Positions 42,401 to 51,834 of a stretch of 64,000 nt of DNA are shown piece by piece. The DNA is taken from positions 15,192,001-15,256,000 of the forward strand of contig OZ249436.1 in NCBI GenBank assembly GCA_965235115.1. Direction: 5' to 3'. The notes under the pieces are model-generated. The model was not told where the DNA came from and did no database searches. It worked only from the letters and a program-made list of their open reading frames with translations. This DNA is from Laetmonice hystrix (taxonomy: Eukaryota). The translations under genes and the position numbers were made by a program. Numbering within the stretch: the stretch's first letter is position 1; every line of letters starts with the position of its first letter.

Positions 42401-45400
42401 ACTGTGCTGTTTGGCCTCCCATTCTGCTTCGCCTCACAGTATACTGCTTTGCCTCACTGTTCTGTTTGGCCTCACTGTAGTGTTTGCTTGGGTACTAGGC
42501 CAGGCAGTACCTTGTGGGGATTCCTCCCTCTACTGTTTGGCCTTCCTGTACTCTTTGGCCTCACTCTACTGCTTGCTTGTATACAACCGTAGCCAGTAGT
42601 GTACGGATGCCTCATGTTTCATGTTTGCATGCCTTTGTTGTCCAGGAGGCAGGCCATACGTTTCGTCTATCATTTACTCCCATCTCATCTGTGTCCCCTA
42701 CAGACCATCTGTAAGTGTTCGACAACGTTGTCAGGTAGTGCCAATGGCTGTTTGCCGTAAAGGTTTAATTAACAATGGCAAATGACGTTCTACGCCTTTC
42801 CTATATCAGATATCCCATCACCAAGTGAAAAACGATTACAGAGATGTTGCAGGCAACCGCCAGGGTGCTGTGCTGAAGCGGTGGCTCCGACTGCACTGCC
42901 ACCTTCCGGCTACCGGTGGAATCACCACGTATACCTGGCCCGGCTTCCAGGCACCTGTGGCGCTTAGGGGAGAGACAGGTTTCTGCAATGATAAGCGAAA
43001 AATGGCCGCATTTTTGATACGTCAATTTGAAACTACGCCCCCGAAATTATGATTGTTAGGCCAGATGTATAAATGTCAAACCTATTGGTCTCGTACGTTC
43101 GCTACAGATAAATGGTTGTGATATGTATACTTCCCGTTTGAATATCTTCTCCAAATTTTAACATTAGATGCTCCTCGCCTGTACCTTTCATTTCCACTAC
43201 GTCACTGTATGGTTTGCATGGGTAGTAGGCCAGCTGGTAAGATGTACGGACTCTTCACTGTGCTGTTTGGCCTCCCATTCTGCTTCGCCTCACAGTATAC
43301 TGCTTTGCCTCACTGTTCTGTTTGGCCTCACTGTAGTGTTTGCTTGGGTACTAGGCCAGGCAGTACCTTGTGGGGATTCCTCCCTCTACTGTTTGGCCTT
43401 CCTGTACTCTTTGGCCTCACTCTACTGCTTGCTTGTATACAACCGTAGCCAGTAGTGTACGGATGCCTCATGTTTCATGTTTGCATGCCTTTGTTGTCCA
43501 GGAGGCAGGCCATACGTTTCGTCTATCATTTACTCCCATCTCATCTGTGTCCCCTACAGACCATCTGTAAGGGTCCGACAACGTTGTCAGGTAGTGCCAA
43601 TGGCTGTTTGCCGTAAAGGTTTAATTAACAATGGCAAATGACGTTCTACGCCTTTCCTATATCAGATATCCCATCACCAAGTGAAAAACGATTACAGAGA
43701 TGTTGCAGACAACCGCCAGGGTGCTGTGCTGACGCGGTGACTCCGACTGCACTGCCACCTTCCGGCTACCGGTGGAATCACGACGTATACCTGGCACGGC
43801 TTCCAGGCACCTGTGGCGCTTAGGGGAGAGACAGGTTTCTGCAATGATAAGTGAAAAATGGCCTCATTTTTGATACGTCAATTTGAAACTACGCCCCCGA
43901 AATTATGATTGTTAGGCCAGATGTATAAATGTCAAACCTATTGGTCTCGTACGTTCGCTACAGATAAATAGTTGTGATATGTATATTTCGCATTTGAGTA
44001 TCTTCTCCACATTTTAACATTAGATGCTCCTCGCCTGTATATTTCATTTCCACTACCTCACTTTACTGTTTGCATGGGTAGTAGGCCAGCTGGTAAGATG
44101 TACGGATTCCTCACTGTACTGTTTGGCCTCCTATACTACTGCTTTGCCTCACTGCCCTCTTTGGCCTCACTGTAGTGTTTGCTTGGGTACTAGGCCAGGC
44201 AGTACCTTGTGGGGATTCCTCACTGTACTGTTTGGCCTTCCTGTACTCTTTGGCCTCACTCTACTGCTTGCTTGTATACAACCGTAGCCAGTAGTATACG
44301 GATGCCTCATGTTTCATGTTTGCATGCCTTTATTGTCCAGGAGGCAGGCCATACGTTTCGTCTATCATTTAGGGCCTACTCCCATCTCATCTGTGTCCCC
44401 TACAGACCATCTGTAAGCGTGCGACAACGTTGTCAGGTAGTGCCAATGGCTGTTTGCCGTAAAGGTTTAATTAACAATGGTAAATGACGTTCTACGCCTT
44501 TCCTATATCAGATATCCCATCCCCAAGTGAAAAACGATTACAGAGATGTTGCAGGCAACCGCCAGGGTGCTGTGCTGAAGCGGCGGCTCCGACTGCACTG
44601 CCACCTTCCGGCTACCGGTGGAATCACCACGTATACCTGGCCGGGCTTCCAGGCACCTGTGGCGGTTAGGGGAGGGACAGGTTTCTGCAATGATAAGCGA
44701 AAAATGGCTTCATTTTTGATACGTCAATTTGAAACTACGCCCCCGAAATTATGATTGTTAGGCCAGATGTATATGTCAAACGTATGCGTCTCGTACGTTC
44801 GCTCCAGATAAATGGTTTTGATATGTATACATGCACTTCCCATTTGAGTATCTTCTCCACATTTTAACAGTAGATGCTCCTCGCCTGTACCTTTCATTTC
44901 CACTACCTCACTGTACTGTTTGCATGGGTACTAGGCCAGTCGGTAAGATGTAGGGACTCCTCACTGTATTCTTTGGCCTCCCACATGGCTTGGCCTCACA
45001 GTATACTGTTTGGCCTCACTGTATACTGTTTGGCCTCACTGTAGTGTTTGCTTGGGTTCTAGGCCCGCCAGTACCATTATAGGGATTCCTCACTGTACTG
45101 TTTGGCCTCCCTGTACTCTTTGGGTCCACTGCACTGTTTGCTTGTATACAACAGTGGCGAGCAGCATAAGGACGCCTCATGTTTCATGTTTCCATGCCTT
45201 TATTTTCCAGGAGGCAGGCCAGACGTTTCGTCTATTATTTACTGCCATCTAATCTGTGTCCCCTACAGACCATCTGTAAGCGTCCGAGAACGTTGTCAGG
45301 TAGTCCCAATGGCTGTTTGCTGTAAAGGTTTAAGCAATGGCAAATGACGTTCTACGCCTTTCCTATATCAGATATCCCATCGCCAAGTAAAAGACGATGA

Positions 45401-45999
45401 CAGAGATGTTGCAGGCAACTGCCAGGGTGCTGTGCTGAAGTGGCGGCTCCAACTGCACTGCCACCTTCCGGCTACCGGTGGAATCACCACGTATACCTGG
45501 CCGGGCTGCCAGGCACCTGTGGCGCTAAGGGGAGAGACAGGTTTATGCAATGTTCAGCGAAAAATGGCTTCATTTTTGATACGTCAATTTGAAACTACGC
45601 CCCGAAATTATGTTTGTTAGGCCAGATATATAAATGTCAAACGTATACGTCTCGTACGTTCGCTACAGATAAATGGTTGTGCTATGTATACTTCCCATTT
45701 GAATATCTTCTCCACATTATATTGTATATTTCCTGTATCATATTTCATTTCCACTACCTCACTGTACTGTTTGCATGGGTAGTAGGCCAGCTGGTAAGAT
45801 GTACGGACTCCTCCTTGTACTGTTTGGCCTCCCATTCTGCTTGGCCTCACAGTATACTCTTTGGCCTCCCTGTACTCTTTGGCCTCACTGTACTGTTTGC
45901 TTGTATACAACAGTAGCCAGAAGTATAGGGATGCCTCATGTTTCATGTTTCCATGCCTTCATTGTCCAGGAGGCAGGCGATACGTTTCGTCTATCATTA

Positions 46000-46593
46000 A
46001 TGGGGTGTCCACACTATGAGAGTAGGACCTTGCGTTTGGTCCTGCGTTTAGCGCACGCACGGTCAACGCACGCTTCATGGCAAGGACGCAGCTGCCGCTG
46101 CGTTGTTCCAGTTCGACGCAACAGTGTCCACACTAGATTGCGTCTGGATTCAGCGCAGCAGACAATCCTGACCCTGCGTCGGGCTCTGCGTCGAGCCCTG
46201 TGCTGTCCACACCAAAGCGCAGCGCCCGACGCCCGACGCAGAACGTAAGATTTCCACTCGGCAATCCAGGTGGCGGGTGGTGCGCTGTGATGTCATAGCC
46301 CTGTCACAGCTTCCATCGCTGCGCTGGCCCGTCCTGAACGTAGCGCTGTCCACACTGCTCTGCGTTCTCTTCTGCGCTCATCCGCCCCGTGTTGCCCGCA
46401 CGCAGAAATCAAACCAATTTGATTTTGAGATATCCGACTTGCGTCGTCTTGCGCTTTGGGGAGTGGAGCGTGCGCTTCCTCACACAAACGCAAGCCTGTC
46501 CACACTGGTTGGTGTTTTGCATCGGCATTTTCGAGCGCAACAGACACAGAACACGACGCAACAGCGACGCAATGCTCAGTGTGGACACCCCAT
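46000..46593. mobile_element. ~593-bp MITE, PIF/Harbinger (Tourist)-like, single copy, unrelated to the 9-bp-TSD element
   Basis: Interrupts the monomer motif CTATCAT-TTA-CTCCC. Perfect TIR ATGGGGTGTCCACACT / AGTGTGGACACCCCAT flanked by TA..TA, or by TAA..TTA if the ends are 46001/46592. Internal TGTCCACAC repeats at about 46126, 46204, 46347 and 46498, plus many GACGCA/TGCGTC motifs. Confidence 0.88.
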
Positions 46594-47126
46594 TACTCCC
46601 ATCTCATCTGTGTCCCCTTCAGACTATCTGTAAGCGCCCGACAACGTTGTCAGGTAGTGTCAATGGCTGTTTGCCGAAAAGGTTTAATTAACAATGGCAA
46701 ATGACGTTCTACGCCTTTCCTATATGAGATATCCCATCCCCAAGTAAAACCGATTAAAGAGATGTTGCAGGCAACCGCCAGGGTGCTGTATTGTAACGGC
46801 GGCTCCGACTGCACTGCCACCTTCCGGCTAGCGGTGGAATCACCACGTATACCTGGCCGGGCTGGCAGGCGCCTTTTGATACGTCAAATTGAAACTACGA
46901 CCCCAAATTTACGATTGTTAGGCCAGATGTATAACTGGCAAACGTTTCCGTCACGTACGTTCGCTACAGATAAATGGTTGTGATATGTATACTTCCTATT
47001 TGAGTATCTTCTCCAAATTTTAAAATTAGATGCTTCTCGACTGTACCTTTCATTTCCACTATCTCGCTGTACTGTTTGCATGGGTACTAGGCCAGCTGGT
47101 AAGATGTAGGGACTCCTCACTGTACT

Positions 47127-47155
47127 GTAAGTAAGTAAGTAAGTAAATAAGTAAA

Positions 47156-47191
<36 letters not shown>

Positions 47192-47195
47192 TAAG

Positions 47196-47254
<59 letters not shown>

Positions 47255-47262
47255 GTAAATAA
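47127..47262. repeat. Compound microsatellite (GTAA)n-(ATAA)n ending the satellite array
   Basis: Directly visible. It starts inside the subrepeat CACTGTACTGT of the last monomer. Confidence 0.97.
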
Positions 47263-48030
47263 CAAATCTATAAAATGATAGTGGGACTATAATGGCCCAT
47301 CCGCCGATCGTGTGAAAAGGGTGCAAAACACAGCCGGCTGCAAATCCCGGGGTCTCGGAATCTACGTGTGTCATTTTCAGTGACTGAATTAAGAATTGGC
47401 GATTTTTTTTACAAAATACCGGCCGAAGCTACATAAACAGGTAGGGGACCTTTGGGGCATATCGGAGAACCGCAATGCATATTTTTGCTGAAACACGACG
47501 TATTATTTGAAATTCGTGACGTATTACCTTTAACCTGAACCCCTACCCAAAAATTTGCCTGGAGGTTACCACGGGGGAATAACCCGTGAAGGGGGCCGGA
47601 ATCACTGGAAGCGGTTCAACCCTGATCGTGGGAGAATTTTCATGTAGCCTGATGGCGTGACGGCCTAAATGCACTCCAGATAGCCCAGAGTAAATTACAA
47701 ATTGAAATAATTTCTTAGACCACTACAGTTAGGAGACGTAAGTCTTGTATTACACATGACATCACATAAATTTAGATTTCCAGATGGTCCTTTTATTATG
47801 CTATAGTACTGTCAAAATATAGCGGTTGTGCCTTTGCCGCCTGTACAGGTAGAAAGTATTGATCTAGGGTTTATCTTCGCTTCAAAATTCAACATCATTC
47901 TGTTGGGTTACGACTTTCTACGACAATGGTGTTGTGGACGGCAGGGGTAACACGCTGACACAGGCCTTGACAAGTTGTGGCCCTATTAGAGGAACCCCCG
48001 GAAACGTTGCAGGAGACACACTGACCCCAA

Positions 48031-48701
48031 CTTATCACACCCGATCACTCCGACCACATTACAAATAGCACACTCCAGCTTCTCACACCCACCACTAGGT
48101 GTCACTCCGACCACATCACAAATAGCACACTCCAGCTTCTCACACCCACCACTAGGTGTCACTCCGATCACATCACAGATAGCACACTCCAGCTTATTAC
48201 ACCCACTATCAGGTGTCACTCCGATCACATCACAGATAGCACACTCCAGCTTATTACACCCACTACCAGGTGTCACTCCGTCCACATCACAGATAGCACA
48301 CTCCAGCTTATTACACCCACTACCAGGTGTCACTCCGTCCACATTACAAATAGCACACTCCAGCTTCTCACACCCACCACTAGGTGTCACTCTGTCCACA
48401 TCACAAATAGCACACTCCAGCTTCTCACACCCACCACTAGGTGTCACTCTGTCCACATCACAAATAGCACACTCCAGCTTCTCACACCCACCACTAGGTG
48501 TCACTCTGTCCACATCACAAATAGCACACTCCAGCTTCTCACACCCACCACTAGGTGTCACTCTGTCCACATCACAAATAGCACACTCCAGCTTCTCACA
48601 CCCACCACTAGGTGTCACTCTGTCCACATCACAGATAGCACACTCCAGCTTATCACACCCACTACCTGGTGTCACTCCGACCACATCACAAATAGCACAC
48701 T
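48031..48701. repeat. 57-bp minisatellite, about 12 copies
   Basis: Unit GTCACTC(C/T)G(A/T)CCACATCACAAATAGCACACTCCAGCTTCTCACACCCACCACTAGGT. The minus-strand translation gives 11 full and 1 partial 19-aa repeats. Confidence 0.97.
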
Positions 48702-49962
48702 CGCGCTCCCTCGGGTTGAAACAACTAGCCCCTGGCATGTATGCACAACGAGTTGAATACCGTAATCACCGGCGTGAATCATCGGATAATAATTCTACTT
48801 CATTCATTCCGTATCGAACGATTTACTGGAAGTATGTCCTGGTAAACATGTATATATTTTGGAAACTGCAAATATACTTAATTATGCCAGTAAATGAGGC
48901 AAAACAATATACTTCGGAAATACAACTTGGATTTGGGGAAATCTTTCTAATATTATCTAGATAGTGACATAACATTACACGGAGCCGTGTACGTGCGTCA
49001 GTCTACCAGATTGGTCATGTGAATACTGAACTCTTTAATTAGTTAATCCTGCAATGATTGGTAAGCGTATTTTGAAATACAATATGCCATCTGCATAGCA
49101 TTGTTTTATAACTTTTATGTGGACTTTCACCTGTCTTAACATGCAACATATTTTCACACCTTCCGCACCTCGTGGTAGCGCAATGCTGTATAAAAATATC
49201 GCCATCACACATATTTTAATATAAAACACAAACGTAGGCAAAAAGGTAATCCATAAAAGTCCATTGTCAATAAATAACTGCCGGTTAAATACCAATAAAA
49301 AGCTTTGAGATCACAAAAAACGAATAATCAAATTCTTATATACAGATAATTATGTACAAATATTAATTACACAAACACCATACAAAATAGTAGGTATACA
49401 ACAACTCGTTCCAACCCTCATCTCAACAAGTACCAAAGTTTGAGATCCTTCAAAACTAAGTATGGGACCTCTTTGTATAGGTTTAAGATACCCATAAAAG
49501 TTTGCACATTGCTTCCCTACGTACACAAGAGATGTTTAGTCCATATCACGAAGACAAACAGGCCTACGGTTGGTAGTAGGTACCGGATCCCTCCCATTTT
49601 GTAGCATCTGATAAGTCTTCAGCATTGTAAACTTTGGCACATTTTTCAAAGTCTGAGTGGAAAAAATGGATAACGGTATCTATTTTCTCCTGCCCGTTAA
49701 AAAAATGAAATCACATAACTGAACCAAAACTAGATTCAAAATATCACAGTTACTGGTAGGCCTATGCCTATGTATAATAAATGGTATAGGCCTACATAGG
49801 CCTATACATAAGTCTAGGCCTAAAATTAAATGAAGATAGCCTACGGACGATCCGACCATAGAAATGGTAGGCCTGCCAAGCACAGAATTCTGTATGTAGC
49901 ATGTGCTATTGTTCAGCAAGGGATGAAAAAAACAATGGCGGTCTGCTGCGTCTGAGGTATCC

Positions 49963-50545
49963 TTAACTCTGCACGGAGGCATATTTCTTCACAAGGTTTT
50001 GAATCTGAAACTTTCTTTCGAGATTTCTAAGAGTTTTTCCTAGGCGCAGGGAGCTTTCTGAGACAAGTTTTGAAGAATAACTCCCTGAGATTGGTGTCGT
50101 GTGACATCTCTCCAGTGACGTTCCATTAGGTACAGACGCACGTGAGACATGTGACGTTGCCGTCGTCTCGAATCCACCAATCACGGGCTTCCTTGGATAA
50201 TGTTCGGAGAGCAGCTGGGAAGCCAGTGGCGGCTTACTCGTAGCGCTACCTGTTGAATTTGAGGTGAAATACGGGTACCTATCCAGACTCGATTTCACCG
50301 AATTTGTTGCCGTTGGGTCTGTGCATCGCTCACCGGTTCCTTGTGCGTACGAGTACTGATCTGAGATAACAGCCATACAGGGCGCCGCGTCCCGTGACGT
50401 CACGAACGGCTGACCCAGGCCAGAACGACGGTCATAGTTCCCATGATTTCCACCAGTGGGCGCTAATGCCGAGAATCTGGAGGATTGGTCAGTGGTGTAT
50501 ACTGCTGATGAAGCGAGTAACGTCTGAGCGCAGGGCTGGTCTGCA
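49963..50545 (-). CDS. Predicted terminal coding exon of a large uncharacterised disordered/coiled-coil protein gene
   Basis: Acceptor ttgtttcttcctttgcag|T at 50545 matches the phase-2 donor at 51835. Open frame ADQPCAQ...NLERKFQIQNLVKKYASVQS to TAA at 49963. Confidence 0.72.
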
Positions 50546-50778
50546 CTGCAAAGGAAGAAACAAAGAAAATGGTTTAAATGATGGAAGGAAACGCACTGGT
50601 ATCTCGATATAAATGCATATCGTGCCCGGCTCTCCATACCAAAACTTACAAAAGCAAACTTACAAAAAAACACCAAAATGTAAACCATGCACGTAAAATT
50701 CCTAGTTCTCAAGTTGTTCTATAAAGGAAGAGTTTACATCGCATCACAGTTGATTATGATGCACCATGGTTGCCTGCC

Positions 50779-50875
50779 TCCCCCCCCCCCCCATGTTCCT
50801 TTCTCTGTCTCTGTCTCTGTCTCTGTCTATCTCTCTCTCTCTCTCTCCCTGTCTCCCTCTCTCTCTGTCTCTCTC
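50779..50875. repeat. Intronic poly-C and (CT)n/(CTCTGT)n microsatellite
   Basis: Directly visible simple repeats. Confidence 0.9.
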
Positions 50876-51834
50876 ACTGTAAAACAGTTTGTTCAAGATG
50901 TAAGAAGTCAGTACGTGCGTGTGTAAAACCCTGTGCTAAATTAAAGACAAATTTTAACCAGTACTATAATAGGTGGCAAAGGTAAGTTCGGTTGTTCACA
51001 TTTACATCAAATGCATCAAGCGTTTTGAGCTATGTAAAAGCAAGTAATGCGAAAACAGCAAATATTAAAATTCTTTACAACAAAACCATCTTGGTAACCA
51101 AACAAAAAACATCAGCAAAAAGGTGAAAATAGATGATTCTATAAAGTAGTATGGACGCTCGAGCCCGGGCATTCAGTTCTCATGCTTCCATGCAGGTCCA
51201 TTCACGAATATGGAGCCATGCATAGTTTCCAATTTAGTGTTCTGGCAGGAATGACAGCCTTCACTTTAGATACGAATTCCTTAGAATTCAAAGTCTCTTT
51301 AGTGTTTTCTCCCATTATACAAACAGTCCCAGAGCTGGGAGGGTCAGATAGAGTCAGAGAGTGCGTAAAGCTCCACCAACGGAGAGAAGCAGCAGGAACA
51401 CTTTGGGTCAAGTGCTTCACGAGTTGACATTTACCTGCAAGTGTTCATATTGAGCTTCTGCAAATAACAAAAGATTCCGTTTCTCCACACTTCAGAAACA
51501 AAATTCTTGCAACCCCTAGGCCTACTTTACACCGCAAAAAAATATAATTTATTTGAAAATTACAGCAAAACTTACTTTATTCGGCGAGACTTACAAGAAG
51601 ACATTAGCGTATAAAATGTTTCACGACTGATAAAAGTATGTGAACAAATTGATGCATTGAAAGATTTTGGCGGGAACTGAAGAAATTATATCGCCTATAT
51701 GTAATTATATGTAGGCCTACAAATACAATGCAAGAATGGCAGTTCATTGAAGACTCAAAACCATCCACCAGCTTTACATGTTGTGTCAACAATAAAGGTC
51801 ATATTTTCAAATTGAAAGGGACGTAGCTACATAC

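Larger units (their letters stand above)
1..47128. repeat. Large tandem satellite array, about 52 monomers of mostly 836-864 bp, running off the left edge of the window
   Basis: The anchor AAATGACGTT(C/G)TACGCCTTTCC recurs with its ATG at 46, 910, 1747, 2609, 3448, 4287, 5124, 5963, 6802, 7659 ... 42782, 43638, 44484, 45344, 46701. Core copies differ only by scattered SNPs and subrepeat number. The last monomer is truncated at about 47128. Confidence 0.99.

Noticed and set aside
46000..46593. Near-identical length (~593 bp) of the two MITE families
   Set aside because: Sequences, TIRs and TSDs are unrelated, so I treat the length match as coincidence.
46..46983. The many 60-110 aa ORFs within the satellite
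   Set aside because: They recur only because the DNA repeats. They overlap in several frames, many start at non-ATG codons, and frameshifts and stops vary between monomers. No protein family is recognisable.
1..47128. CENP-B box in the monomer or the MITE
   Set aside because: I found no TTCG-N4-A-N2-CGGG match on either strand at the TTCG and CCCG sites inspected. Centromeric function cannot be claimed from sequence alone.
47059..47374. LFIY/LLTY repeat ORFs
   Set aside because: These are translations of the microsatellite.
47262..47533. Segment ending in CCTTTAA, like a Kolobok-type element end
   Set aside because: No matching TTAAAGG left end or TIR partner was found in the window.
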